Assembly (NCBI GenBank): GCA_964187785.1
Contig: OZ076409.1
Span: 21,020,001-21,084,000, forward strand
Length of the DNA: 64,000 nucleotides
Direction of reading: 5' to 3'
From: Amphiscolops sp. MND2022
Lineage: Eukaryota
Numbering within the stretch: position 1 is the stretch's first letter; the number at the start of each line of letters is the position of its first letter. Of the stretch, positions 13,539 to 26,493 are shown one piece after another. The translations under genes were made by a program, and so were the position numbers. The notes beneath the pieces are model-generated. The model was not told the DNA's origin. It saw nothing but the letters and a program-made list of their open reading frames with translations, and made no database searches.

Positions 13539-15418
13539 TGATTGTCGGAGAGAAAGCGGAGCGCGTAGGCGAATTCGTTCTCCTTCTCTTAGTTAATTGG
13601 CGTTGCTAGGGGCAACCGAGCATAATTCTATCGGCACGAGCTTAAACAGTTCAATTGAGGAACAACGCTATTGGTCTGTAAAAATAGAAACACCCATTAT
13701 TAGCTCAGTTGAGTGACGCTGTCATAACGTTGTAAACATTTGCTTAAAATCACTTGATTGAGGCTTTAAGTGAATATTGACAACTACTTGGAGAAATAAC
13801 TCACCTATATTCTGTATGTTTTTCATTTTAGATCATATGAACTCCGTGGGATCTCAGAGTTAAATATTATCTTTGATGTTTTCATTTCAGTGAGGAGCAG
13901 GAAAGAAAATGATCCCATTTAGAAAATGTTTCTGTTTCAATATTTAGACTGGTATGGAAAATATCAGAGGATGAAACTGGAAATGAAAAACAGCGTCTCG
14001 CGTGAAAATAGTTGACCAGAGATTTCAGTTAGTCTAATATCATTTCTGAAAATATTCCGTGACACTTACGTCGTGTTTTGCAACTGAAAAATTATCTACA
14101 ATTCACCTAGCTGTACTGTAAGTAGAATATAAGTTAGAAGGTTAAGTTTTAATGAGTTTTAATGATATTTGCAGTATCCTCGGCCGCGTCCTCTTCCTAT
14201 CGCGAAGCACCAGTCGCAACCACGACCGGGAGCGGGTCGTGACAGTTGGTATATTTCCAATATTTTTTCCACTAATAATAGATTGGGTTCGACTCCTTAC
14301 GTTCAGAAATTTCAAAAAATGATGCAATTCATTTTTTCTCATTATATTTTTATCAGTTCGATTCAAGGAATAAACTGTTTAGAACAGCATTCGTAAAAGA
14401 GAAAGTGGACTTGGTATTTCAGAATACATGCAGCTAAAATTACGACAGTTTCTGCGAAATTTTCACTTTCTGCGGGTTGCATGAAATATTGATTGATTGT
14501 TTAAATTTGCCAGGAGAAATGTCTGCAAATTTAGTAAACTAAGTGACAGTCTCTAAATTTAGAAAACCCAGTTTGCTTTTAAAAGCCACACAGCGATTTG
14601 AAGAGAGAAAGGGTCTGTTTACTATCAAAACTAGTAATCATAACAGACGGAACAGCGCCGAGGTTAAATCTACACTCACACGTTGAGAGATCGAAAATGC
14701 TTCCGTCATGTTTAGTTCATACAGCACGGGTGCTGGAAAGTTGAACGTTGAACAAACTGTTGAGAAAGACTAGACCTAGAATATTCAAGTAAACTTCCAA
14801 AACTAGCTCCAAACTGTGGCCGGATCTTATGAATGACAGCTCTCCCCCCCCTCGATTGGGGGTCTGTCTTTCAGTAGGAAGCACTGTGCTTCATAAATAA
14901 CAATGAAACAATAATACAATAAGACAATAATACAACATTGGAAGAAATAAACTGAACCTTTATTTGAAAAAAAAGAATTGTGTCGAAACGAAAATAGTTC
15001 TGAATTCTGCTATCATCCAGGTTATACGGAAATCAAACAATCTACAATTTTTGTTGGGTACTTGAATAGGATTGCAAAAAAACCTCTTAGCTTCAATTTT
15101 CATATTCGTTACAAAAATGGCATATGGAACGTCATTTACGCCAATTGCGTACCATTTGGCCCCTAATTTTCAACATTTGTCTATTTTACAGGAACTTTTT
15201 CATCTCCTGGAGACTTTTAAGTGATAGAAATTTCACTTATATTTTGATGAAAGGTTTTTTACTATTTCATCACGTTTCTCAGCCTAACATGGGCTCAACC
15301 TTTCCTTGCAAAGAATGTGGATTCTTTTTTGATTTCAGATCATTTTTTGACAAAATTAATCTCAACAAAATGTACCAATTATGAGGAAATTTCCATTATC
15401 TTGAACGTTTAATTTTAA

Positions 15419-15570
15419 GCAAAACTCCCCAAATTCTTGAGTAAAAGCGACAAATAAAAATATCACCAAATAAAAAACTAGCATTGTTTGCATGCAAAAC
15501 TCCCCAAGTTCTTGAGTAAAAGCGGCAAATAAACATATCACCAAATAAAAAACTAGCATTGTTTGCATGC
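15419..15570. repeat. Tandem duplication, 75-bp period, 2 copies
   Basis: gcaaaactccccaa.ttcttgagtaaaagcg.caaataaa.atatcaccaaataaaaaactagcattgtttgcatgc occurs twice. Confidence 0.9.
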
Positions 15571-16572
15571 AGCCCAATTTATTTCATGCAGATGAAGTTT
15601 TAGTTCTTTTCTCACACTATTGTAGTTTGAGGCGTCATGACACACCTGATTAACAACAAAAAGTAGCACCAATACTGTTGGAAAATAGACTCGGTGATTT
15701 CTAAAAACATGCAAAAAGTGACACTAAATAATGAAATTATGTTTATTCTATGCCTTATTTTAAACAGAGAATTCCTGCATAACAACCTGAAATGTTCTAA
15801 AATGAAAACTACTATGTTAACGAATTGTGATTAGCTACGTTCACATACCGACAGTTCCCTAATAAGCAGGAGCGAAGCAGAGCAACGTGTCACTACTGGT
15901 CCATCGGTTAGTTTTGACCGAAGCCCATCTCGAGAAGCGCCACGAAGGCCGAGTCAAACAACCAATATTTTGACTGCAATCCATTTAGGACATTTTAATC
16001 TAGAAGACTATAACTTAGAAGGTTTTATCGTAGAAGATTTTGACACGTAAGCCATAACAACTTGACGCCAGTTTATCAGGAGATCATATCATTCAGGGTT
16101 TTTTTTTCAATGAGAGAGGAGAAAAAAGTAAATCACGTTTTTTGCAGCACCTTAAAAATGACGCCCGTCGGACAACAGAATATTTTGCGCTCAAAACTAG
16201 TGGAGTAGCATTTTCCAGGTAGTCGCTAAATCAATTGCACAAACGTTTTGAAAGCTAGTTTTTGCGTCTCTTCTATAAAACTTTCACACATTAAAAATGT
16301 TTTTCTCCAAAAGTGAACATGCTTCGTATAATACCATCGAACTCCGTGGATTAACTGGTGGCCACTGCACTTCCCATCGCAGCCCCACCGGTGCTCCTGC
16401 ACCCCGCGTGGCCACCTGACCCGATGGCCAGTAATACCCCAGACCGTTTCAGTATAAGACAAATTGGGAAACATTGTCTTCAAAAAATGCGGCTGGAATG
16501 AGATTTTTGATCTGGAACGTTAGGCGGAAATGAAACTGAGCTAAATTGATTATTTCACTATCTGTTACGCAA

Positions 16573-17403
16573 CCCAGTGACACGAATCTTGGTAGCCTTG
16601 CCAAGATCTTGGAAAAACATGGAAACGCATGGTAGGCTTACCAAGACGCATGGAAAAACATGATGCATGCTACGCTTGGTAAGATCTTGGCAAGATCTTG
16701 GCAAGATCTTGACAAGCGTTCCATGTGGAAATGCTTGCCAAGATCATGGCAAGATCATGGCAAGATCTTGACAAGATAACCATGGTAAGACATGTAAGCT
16801 GGTATTAATTGTGCATAATTTATTCTTTTCGCAAAAATTCTTTGTCGTCTGCAATTTTTGAATTAGCCATTGTAATAACTTTGGACATAATATTTATTGA
16901 TTGAAAATAGTTTTTAATTGAAAATTATCCAAAATTTGCTCAATAATTTGCTGCACTTATTGACCGAGTTTTGTTACTTGAGAGCACGGCATTGTTACTA
17001 CTAACATGACTTATCATACCAAGCAAACTCCGAATCAAGTTATTGCAACTTGCGGGTTTGCGATATCGGTGTGAAAACCAACTTTTCTAGCTATTATTTG
17101 TTTAGAATTAGCTATTACCTGATCTATTGAGATAACGGGTTCTAATTACTGAAAAATGCATGAAAAAATCCTGGTTGGATTGGCAAGATGGATAGAAAAA
17201 TCTTGGTATGCTTGGCAAGACACATGGAAAAGCTTGGTAAGATACATGGAAAATCTTGGTACGCTTGGTAAGACGCATGGTCAGCCTTGCCATGATCTTG
17301 CATGATCATGGTAGCCTTGGTAAGATCTTGGCAAGATCTTGCCAAGATCTTGGCAAGCATACCCATGCATCTTGGCAAGCGTGCCAAGATTCATGTCACT
17401 GGG
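16573..17403. mobile_element. MITE/foldback element with CCC...GGG TIRs and subterminal arrays of ~11-bp palindromic units
   Basis: Left CCCAGTGACACGAATCTTGG versus right CCAAGATTCATGTCACTGGG. Many (G)CAAGATCTTG(GC) units near both ends. Confidence 0.85.
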
Positions 17404-17726
17404 AAAACAATCAAACACGTTTGTATTGCAGTATTAATGTATTTTCAGTGGGTTTCAGCAAGATGCTGCTATATGTAGCCAATACAGTGGAAAGAGCCGT
17501 CTTATCGCAAAATTACTGTCAATGCCCCACCTGAGTTGTGAAAACTGCAACAAAGTGGGCTCAGTCTATGGGGAAACAATGAGGAAAGGAGGAGAGAAAC
17601 ATCAATTGGGAAAAACCGCTTGAAACAAGAAGACGTAGCTATTGTTTTTTTATGTTCTAATAATACCTAAAGTAACGGAGCTAAACATAATAATTACCAT
17701 TTGAATTATAACGCAGTTTTATACAT

Positions 17727-17742
17727 TATATATATATATAAA

Positions 17743-17820
<78 letters not shown>
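17727..17820. repeat. (TA)n microsatellite
   Basis: About 90 bp of TA with two interruptions. Confidence 0.98.
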
Positions 17821-17823
<3 letters not shown>

Positions 17824-18988
17824 GAGCCAACATGGAGCTACAGCGCAGTTGATAGTATTCAAAATGGCGCTTAGGAATAATAATATTGGAAGCACACGGC
17901 CTGTCAAACGACCTGAAATGCAAAGCAGCGGTACAGGGGCCTGGCAAGCGGTCTCAAAAGCGAAAGCTGAACTGCCGGCATTACTTGTGATTCGTATTAC
18001 ATTTTCATGTGAATAAGTGATAACTCATTTGAACGTCATGGCCTATGGCCTAAGACCGGAATTTCTCCTCCGCATGATTTTTACCCTTAATACTCCGACA
18101 ATCCCTTACTTTAAAGATGTTGAGTTAAATCGAGAATTAATTTCGCTTTCTGTAATACTTGACTGTCATCGTTTTATTTTCATTTTCATTTATCAAATGT
18201 GCTTAGTGATTCATCCTCATATTTGCACTGCCAAGTTCAGCTCCGGCGTCTTGAAAGGGCGGGAATAGGGGGCGAAGAGAAGATGAGTCGCAACTCAGAC
18301 CTGAAGAGGACGCTTGTTTTCCGAGTATTGCTTGAACAAACTGAAAGTCTGAGTTCGACGAGGCGGAACTGAGTTTCCAGTTTCCTGTCTCTCAGGGACG
18401 CCGGACTGAACAAAGCGTGAAAGTTGGGTGCAATAAGTTCCCCGCTTTTGTGAGGAAAAGTATATAAACCTGGGAAATTCAAATTGGATTCATAAAAATT
18501 ACTTTTGGAAACTCAATTTGTTAATCACTTCAACCTTCGTCAAAAAATAAAATTTTTCAACATCTCTGTCTTTCCTCCTAATTTTCTCAGCGAAGAAATT
18601 AGAACAGATAAGAAGATCCTAGGCCTGAAATCTACCTAAAACTAAAATGCCGGAACGTTCATCGAAAAGGAAAGCAAGAACTAGTTCGGTAGAAGAACCT
18701 GAGGCAGCAAGCTTGAGAACTGAAAATATGCCTAGTATCTCAGATAAAGATTTTTCGGAAATTCCCGAAAAGGGGAAAAATCAGTTGAAGAGAGGAAAAA
18801 AATGACTGAAATGGGATAGAGAGAGATCCTGAAAATGATAGAGAACCTCTCCTCAAAAATAGATTCATTGTCTGGAAGGGCGCCTGAAACCGTAGCCTCG
18901 GAAACAAACGAGATCAGCTTGGAAAACGCGGCCTCGACGTCTAGATCAACAAGGAGAAACGAAATGACCCAAGATGAAGGTCATTACA
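17821..18988 (+). mobile_element. Decayed solo or partial LTR with putative gag N-terminus
   Basis: TATATAA at 18461. ATG at 18647 (MPERSSKRKARTSS...), interrupted frame REILKMIENLSSKIDSL...QDEGHY ending at ...CATTACA. 5' boundary uncertain. Confidence 0.55.
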
Positions 18989-21900
18989 ATTACCAAGCCT
19001 AGATGCTTGGATACCCAGTAGCTGTGTAGTCTGGCAAGATGTTATCTGTATGCCTAATTATTGTGTGTAATTACCACATTATGTTCATGAGCTCAAAAGC
19101 TACTACTCGCAGATTAGGTAATATTCCTAATTAAAATAGTTCACCCTGGAAACTGACTTCCTTCCTTTCTTGGCTCTGTATTTAAAAGTTATAGGAACGA
19201 GAGGCAAAATGCCCGTTGCCTTTAGCAGTGACAGACTAAAATAGGTTGAAAGATATTTTCAAGACCCGGTATCCCCTCCCAGCGAAACAGACCAAAAAGC
19301 CGTTTATTTGACTTTTCCAAACTCTCCAATCATTCAAAACTAATTTATAAGCGTTTTCTAGGTTAACAAAAAACACTATTTGGCTATTTAAAAGTGGATA
19401 ACAATTTTCCGCCATTTTTAGCAAAAGCAGAAAAGAATACCATTCTAAACCAGTTAGATAGTTCACTGGTTAGATAGGTAGAGAGTTCGCAAGTATTATG
19501 GCTAAGTCAGCGCTATTGCAGAAGCGGCCAACCAAAAAGAGAGTACACACATCGAGGGAACCTGTTGATAGAAGAACTGAACGAGATGAGGAAATGCTTG
19601 CGTGAAATGAAGAGCAAAGTCAGTCTCAGTAAGGAAAAATTTAAACCATCTATAGACTCCATAGCGCTTGTCAGATGTGACCAGAGTTGGAACCGGGCCT
19701 GGCTTGAAAACGATAGTTTTTTGATAGCAGAAAGGGTCCGAATTAAATTGATTTCACAAAAATTAGTAGATGTTTCAGAACCATTAACGAGGCCGGGTCC
19801 GGTTCCAACTCTGGATGTGACATTGCTGATTAGGGAGAGTGATTGTCATGTTAACGATAGGTTATAATATCAATGTAAGATCTAATGCATCCCGGGGACA
19901 CAGATTCCAAATATTGACGAAGGATTGAAATCATGACTACCAAGAAGGACCTCAACTGGGAAGTTGAAGCAATTTTCGCGCTCTCCGCATCCCCACAGAG
20001 TCCGAACACTCCGATCACAGGGCAGGTCTCTGTAAGCGCTCTCTCGACTAGCAGGTATTATCTGGCTTTCATGAACAAACTTGACTGGACTGAGAATGAA
20101 CGACTAAAAAACGACTCTATGGCACAGGGTTTATCTTTTTTCAGACTTTTTTTGTTTTCGCCGGCATAAAGACAATTTGAAAGAAACAGCTACCCAGAGA
20201 ACAACTTCAGCAATCTTTTATCATCATCCTTCATGCCTTCACTGTAAACGCAGATCATATTGAGAGTCCTAGCAAGAATCTCAAAAAGAGGAGGCAATAT
20301 TAAATGAGCACAATATTCACTTCCAAACGCTTTTAGTTAGTTCACACCGTCAGCTGAACAAACATTCTCTGAAGCTCTGGTACTTACTCTCTTTGAAAGA
20401 GCGCTAACTTAGAAAAGCAGAACAGCCTATTCGGTGTCCGCCCCGCGGAATTGGGGAAATTAACTTTCTTCTTCTTCTTGTTTTGATGTACATTACGATA
20501 CATATGCCACAAAAGTGGAATTCATCATCAAGTGTAAAGTGTAGTTTCCGTAAAACGAGAGCGAACCGTAATCTAGTCAAACAGTGCATCGTGTTCATCG
20601 CGCATTGTGTTGCACAGTGTCATCAAAAATTGCGGATTGTGGTCATTGAGCGTGATTAGAGAAAAGTGGAAACCAGTCAAGAATGTTCAACCTACAATTG
20701 ACTCCTCTGTAATGTGAATGAAGTGTAAATTAGTCAATCTTTGACAAGAATTCACTTTTCGAGTAATTAGAACTATCATTCATTGAATATGGGAAAGTGA
20801 TCAAAGTTTGACTACTTCACATCAAACAAACGATACACCCTATTGCTTTCTTATTCAACAAAAAACGCTTCACATTGTAATGGCCGCTGCGGCAGTCGGT
20901 AATTAGTTTGAATGTTTTACACTATTCATTTTGGCTGGTTTACACTAATTTGACTAATTTACATAATTACATGCGTGAATTCACAAGTGTAGAAACATAT
21001 TGGTTCAGCAAATTGACTCAGCAAAAATTCTCTTCATATCGATACAGCACCTGGTAGTATTAGTAATTCCGGGACGAAAAACTTCCTGGTAGATGAATGC
21101 TCAATTTCCATGCAGTCAGAAAAGAGTGCCTAATCTTTTAACTGTGCATTCTTTCATCCATGGAGAAGTTGAACGTTAGTTTTGTTTTTTAACCGAAAAA
21201 TTAGGTCGCAAATATTTTTTCTGAGTTCCTGGAAAAACGGAACTGTGGAAAATATGGAAACTATGCGTAGTTGAACGAACTAGTTTTCAGTTTCCTAATC
21301 TGTTTTAAATCCAAAATGTAAATAATTACGAGATACTTTGAGCATTGATAGTTTCATTCACAATTGTTATTCACGAAGCATTTCAGTTATCTATAGATTG
21401 GTTATATGAGTTGAGCAAATGTTTATATTGTTCAACTATTATGGTCTACAAATGGAAGCCAATTTCGAGAATTGGTTCCACAAATTATTGGTAGAGCAAT
21501 ATTGTACACACAACTTTCACATGCATGAACTCACGCATGGGCTAAAGCAAAGTTCGAAACATTGAATAAACTTGACTTCAAAAACTTCGTTGTAAACAAA
21601 ATCTGTTAAATATTGCCCTTGTACGAGTAATGAAGAAAGTTTTGCTTCTGAAGATTTGAAGACTTTCGTTGTGGTGTGAAATCATAGTTCAAAAGGAACG
21701 ACCGGGAAAACAATTAGTCGGAGGGGAAGTTTTCACTTTGGAAAAATCGAACGAACACGAAAACAGTTTTTTAAAACATAATTCTCAAAATATGAAACGT
21801 TGTCCAATATTTGTAAAAAAAAAATTGGACCATGTCTTAGTTCAACCCCCCAATACCTCCTAAGCGGTCGCAGGGAGGGAAATAAGACACGAGGTTCAAA

Positions 21901-22048
21901 TAATATTATGTCTACATCTTTCGCAATGAAAATTCGGAACACCAAAATAATTGATGTCGACATAATCTTATATTTTACTTTTATCCACAGTTAAACTTTG
22001 TTCATTCTACGACGGATAAAATTTGCGTTAAAATAGGGCCTTGGCCAT

Positions 22049-23206
22049 TTTTACGTCTGCAAGGTAAACTAACAAAAACACTTACCAAGCTTTACGACGG
22101 CCTGGTTGACAACTTGCGGACAACTTTAAAACTTGTTTGTCCAGGAAAGGCACTTGCAAAAATCACTTCTCTGAACCTTCAATGGGTGATATCGCAACTA
22201 TTTTCAATAAAAATTTAGCTTGCGTTACTTTGAATAAGTTTCCGAAGTCGGTGAAGCAATTACTGCATCTTTGACTTTGCACTTTTTCTGTTTCAAAAAC
22301 ATAAAGTAGCTTTGGAGCTCTAAATTGTGATTATGGGAATCAACTTAGCTGTCTGGATGAGTGGTAGCGTCGTTGATCTGCTAAACCAGACGATAAGTCC
22401 AAATCCTTGCGTCCACGATAACTTTCTCAAGCAAAAATATCGCAACCATATGCAATATAATAAATTGACGTTGGAATTTCGAAACAATATAATATCACTT
22501 GTTCAACTCCAAAAAGCTCTTCAATAGCCAGAGTTAACTGAATTACTTGAACGAGAAACTTCCAAGCTTTCACTTTCTTCAATACTTGAGTAGCAAAGTC
22601 GACTGATTTGGATCTCTACTTGGTTGCTGGTCTCTGGTGTCTTAGGAGTTAACTCTGGTTACTTTTACATACAGGAAATACTTAATAGTGGATGTTTGTG
22701 GTTAAATTTACCATCACCACACAAGCGCCTTGATATATAGAATAAGCAGAAACAAACTATTTAACTGAGATGAAGATATACACCAAAATATGTAAAAGTA
22801 TATATAAAAAGCATACATTTACACCATTTTATGGTTCATGATTATATTTGTTATTTGCACTCAAAGCTTCTATCAGGTTACAAACACTCTATCGACTTCC
22901 GCCTGGACTAGATATAACCAAATATGACCTACTTGAAAGGTTTATTACACAAACAGAACGATAAAGCACCAAATTTGTACTATATCAGAGGGAAGTCTGA
23001 TTTTGAGCCAGAAAAACTTTTTTTTGAAATTTTTGTCTCTGATTCTCAATTTTCTTGCCCAAATCGGTCGAATGCCATAAAAAAATCGGCTGCTTGCTAC
23101 TTTCGTCTTCGAAATCCAAAAAATAACGTCTTTGTAGCAGTTCGAAAACCAGGATTTTTGACCCCTTCTGGTCACAATTTCTCAAGTCAATTCTGAGGCG
23201 CCAACA
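22049..23206 (-). repeat. BEL/Pao 3' LTR
   Basis: Direct repeat of 29923-31080 (offset 7874). Starts TGTTGGCGCC on the - strand after GAAAACGGGGCCGGCGT and ends ...GACGTAAAA. Confidence 0.95.
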
Positions 23207-26200
23207 ACGCCGGCCCCGTTTTCAGATTGAAAACGCTCTTTAAAAACTGGCGCCAATTTTATCACAGGTCGTTTCAGTGTACCGTCATGAGTTTTGATGA
23301 GAACTGATCTCACAACGCCATCTTTTCCTGGGTAAGTCTGAAGAACTCTTGCCATCTTGTAATGAGATCGCTTCACATTGTCTTCTATCAACCAAACAAG
23401 ATCTCCAACTTGAAGATTTGGTTCTGACTTGTTCCATTGTGATCTCGCATTGTTCTGAGGTAGATATTCTTTGACCCATCGTTTCCATATCATGTCTGCA
23501 TAAGCTTGACAAGATCGAAACATTTTTCGATGGTTAGCGTATAACTCTGCATTCGGGATAAAGGGTATACAAATGTTTGCTCGACCCAGAATAAAGTGAT
23601 TGGGTGTAAGTGCTTCCAAGTCATTGGCATCATCACTTGCTGGAGTAAGTGGTCGGGCATTCAAAGTTTGTTCAACCAAACACATAGTCGTAGTCAATGA
23701 TTCGTCAGTTAGTGCTCGATTGCCAAGAATGGGTATCATTGCCTTCTTGCAACTTCTGACTAATCGTTCCCAAACACCCCCAAAATGAGGTGCTCCGGGA
23801 GGGTTGAATTTCCATACAACGTGCTTTTGAGCCAGCTCTGAAGTAATTTGGTCATGATTCCACGAGTTGATGTACTCTTTCAACTCTCTTGCAGATCCAA
23901 CGAAGTTCGTACCATTATCGCTAACGATGGTCGCTGGTTTGCCACGTCTAGCAACAAATCTGTTGATAGCTACCAAACAAGAATCTGTGTCAAGGCTTCG
24001 AACCACTTCGATGTGTACGGCTCTGGTAGTCAAACATGTAAATAAACAGCACCAACGTTTCATAGATCTTCGTAACAATTTTACTTCAAACGGACCGAAA
24101 TAATCCACCCCAACATTGGTAAAGGGATATGATTGATAATCAAGTCTTTCTGGGGGTAGGTCGGCCATAAGCGGGGTCTTATTCTGTGCACGTAATTTGC
24201 GGCAGAACACACAACTACTTTTGATACTCCTCAAAGCATTCCCTAACCCAATTATCCAAAATTTTTGTTGAATAACACTTCTCACATACTCTACACCTTC
24301 ATGATTGTGTTCAAAGTGTAGATCTCGCAACATGGTTATTACCATACCGTGTTTCGTAGATAACAATACTGGGTGACGTTGTTCAAAGCTCAAGTTGGCA
24401 TGCTTGATGCGACCCCTAATTCTGATAACACCTTTTTCATCAAAAAAGGGTGCAAATTTTGACAGGTTTCCGCAATTTTTAGTTTTACCGAAACTTTCCT
24501 TTTCATTGAAAATTTCCGAGAAAGATTCTCTTTGAATCATTCTCAAAACTCGTTCTTCTGCTCGATTCAATTCTTCAACGAGTAAAACTTTCGATTGACT
24601 TCTATACTTCAAACGCAAACAAAACGCGATAACACGGACGCATTTCGAGAAACTACTAAATTTGTTCCATTTAACCGCTAACTCCTGAGTCATACTTGTG
24701 TTCGCAACTACTGCAACTTCAGCATGATCATCAGGAATCACGTTAATTGGCTGCAAAGATAAAGGCCAATCATCAGGATGGTCTCTCAACCAAGAGGGTC
24801 CGGTTAACCATTCACTTTCTGATAACTTCTCTATGGTTATACCACGAGTTCCAATGTCAGATGGATTCAACTCGCCTCGGATATGTTTCCATTCATCAAT
24901 GGTTGAGGTTTCCAGAATCTCAGCTGCTCTGTTGGCAACAAAGACGTTCTGCTTTTTGTCCGCTGAGTTTAACCATTGTAATACAGTAACGGAATCTGTC
25001 CAATGAGTAACACTGTTAATGGGTAAATCGTGTTCTTCAATAATAAATTTTCTCAACCTCACGGAATACAAGGCTGCTTGTAACTCAAGACGTGGAATAG
25101 ACAACTGTTTAATAGGAGCTATTCTACATTTGCCCAACACAAATGACACTTCGATGCCCTCTTCGTTTTCTCCTCGAAAATAGGCAACAATGCACATTGC
25201 TTCCAATGAGGCATCACTGAAAATATGTAACTGCAAGTTTTTGGGGATATTGGAAAAATAATTCCGAGGGAGGGATGTCTGTTTTATTGTCTGCATTTCT
25301 TTTACCCACTCGAGAAAGATTCGCTTATCTTCTTCGTTGATATTTTCGTCCCATGACTGACCAAAACGAATCCAAATACTTTTCAAAAGCATCCTCATTC
25401 GCATGGTAAACGGTGCAAAGATTCCCATGGGATCAAATACCGATGAAACAAAAGATAATACCACTCGCTGTGTCACTTCGTTTGGGCATCCTTTGTTTGG
25501 TCCTCGGCAGACTTGAAGACTGTCCGCATCTATTATCCATTCTAGACCTAGGATGGGTGATGACTCTGCGTTTAATGTAAATTCATTAGACTCCAAATGA
25601 TCTTCCGAGGGGATAATTTCAAGCACGTCAGGGCAATTGCTCGCCCACTTCTTCAAAGTGAAGCCACTGCGCTTCAGTGTTTCCACCAACTGCTGATAAC
25701 ATTCAATGGCCTCTTGTGGTGTATCAACGCTTTTGACAAGGTCGTCCATATAGAAGTTTCTGTCTATTGTAGCGGCTGCTACCGGAAACTCCTTTTTGTT
25801 ATCTCTACCGCCTTGTTGGAAACCATAATTGGCACACGTTGGGGAACTCTTTGCTCCAAACACATGCCGGTTGTACTCAAAAATTCCAATGTCATCATCT
25901 GGTCTATCTCGCCAGAGAAAACGTAAAACTCTACACTCTTCCTTTGGAACTGCTACTTGTAAAAACATTGACTCTATATCGGCAGTGATTGCTATCTGAT
26001 GTTCTCTGAACCTGAAAATTATTCCAACTAGATTCCGCAATAGGTCAGGTCCACTAAGTAGTTTGTCATTCAACGAAACTCCCTTGAACTTTGAGGCTGC
26101 ATTGCAAACTCTTCTGACTTTGCCTGGCTTGTGCGGATGCTTCACTGGGTGATGAGGTAAATACCATTGCGTATCATTTTCAGTCTTGTCAATCTCCTCT

Positions 26201-26481
26201 TGACCGAGTTTTCTAACAAAATTACTTTGTATATCCTTTTCAATGGTAGCTTGATATGCATTTTTCATTTCCGAGTCCTTCTCTAGTCTCTTTTCCATCG
26301 ATAAGAACTGTTGATAAGCTGAGTAATAATTGTTAGGCCGATCGGGATTGTCATCGACCCACATTAAACCAACTTCATAACGCTCGCCGTTGTGTTTTGT
26401 TGTTCTTTCTAAAATTGAAAGTGCTCTCTTTTCTTCTTTGGATCGACCAGAGACATCACACACTGAAGCGTATGTCTCCAT
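23182..26481 (-). CDS. pol: BEL/Pao Pol (RT, RNase H/Pao peptidase region, integrase, C-terminal DUF5641-like region)
   Basis: YLPHHPV, KVRRVCNAAS, ADIESMFLQV, FGAKSSP, NFYMDD, HIFSDAS, SIPRLELQAA, H-H-C-C, GVDYFGP, SDNGTNF, PHFGGVWERLV. The stop lies inside the 3' LTR. Confidence 0.95.
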   Translation of the reverse strand: METYASVCDVSGRSKEEKRALSILERTTKHNGERYEVGLMWVDDNPDRPNNYYSAYQQFLSMEKRLEKDSEMKNAYQATIEKDIQSNFVRKLGQEEIDKTENDTQWYLPHHPVKHPHKPGKVRRVCNAASKFKGVSLNDKLLSGPDLLRNLVGIIFRFREHQIAITADIESMFLQVAVPKEECRVLRFLWRDRPDDDIGIFEYNRHVFGAKSSPTCANYGFQQGGRDNKKEFPVAAATIDRNFYMDDLVKSVDTPQEAIECYQQLVETLKRSGFTLKKWASNCPDVLEIIPSEDHLESNEFTLNAESSPILGLEWIIDADSLQVCRGPNKGCPNEVTQRVVLSFVSSVFDPMGIFAPFTMRMRMLLKSIWIRFGQSWDENINEEDKRIFLEWVKEMQTIKQTSLPRNYFSNIPKNLQLHIFSDASLEAMCIVAYFRGENEEGIEVSFVLGKCRIAPIKQLSIPRLELQAALYSVRLRKFIIEEHDLPINSVTHWTDSVTVLQWLNSADKKQNVFVANRAAEILETSTIDEWKHIRGELNPSDIGTRGITIEKLSESEWLTGPSWLRDHPDDWPLSLQPINVIPDDHAEVAVVANTSMTQELAVKWNKFSSFSKCVRVIAFCLRLKYRSQSKVLLVEELNRAEERVLRMIQRESFSEIFNEKESFGKTKNCGNLSKFAPFFDEKGVIRIRGRIKHANLSFEQRHPVLLSTKHGMVITMLRDLHFEHNHEGVEYVRSVIQQKFWIIGLGNALRSIKSSCVFCRKLRAQNKTPLMADLPPERLDYQSYPFTNVGVDYFGPFEVKLLRRSMKRWCCLFTCLTTRAVHIEVVRSLDTDSCLVAINRFVARRGKPATIVSDNGTNFVGSARELKEYINSWNHDQITSELAQKHVVWKFNPPGAPHFGGVWERLVRSCKKAMIPILGNRALTDESLTTTMCLVEQTLNARPLTPASDDANDLEALTPNHFILGRANICIPFIPNAELYANHRKMFRSCQAYADMIWKRWVKEYLPQNNARSQWNKSEPNLQVGDLVWLIEDNVKRSHYKMARVLQTYPGKDGVVRSVLIKTHDGTLKRPVIKLAPVFKERFQSENGAGVVGASELT

Positions 26482-26493
26482 GTCCCACCATTT

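Noticed and set aside
16340..16460. GC-rich island as a possible exon
   Set aside because: No convincing splice pair or recognisable peptide; more likely a repeat fragment.
16590..16790. Short palindromic repeats resembling a CRISPR array
   Set aside because: Units are adjacent ~11-mers without unique spacers, lie within TIRs, and no cas genes are present.
17719..17947. ORFs with poly-(YI) tracts
   Set aside because: Translation of the (TA)n microsatellite.
19498..19867. Possible further LTR-borne gag start (MAKSALLQKR...)
   Set aside because: Many stops, and no clear TG...CA boundary or TSD.
22327..23196. Short ORFs recurring two or three times in the ORF track
   Set aside because: They recur only because the BEL LTR is duplicated; there is no coding signal.
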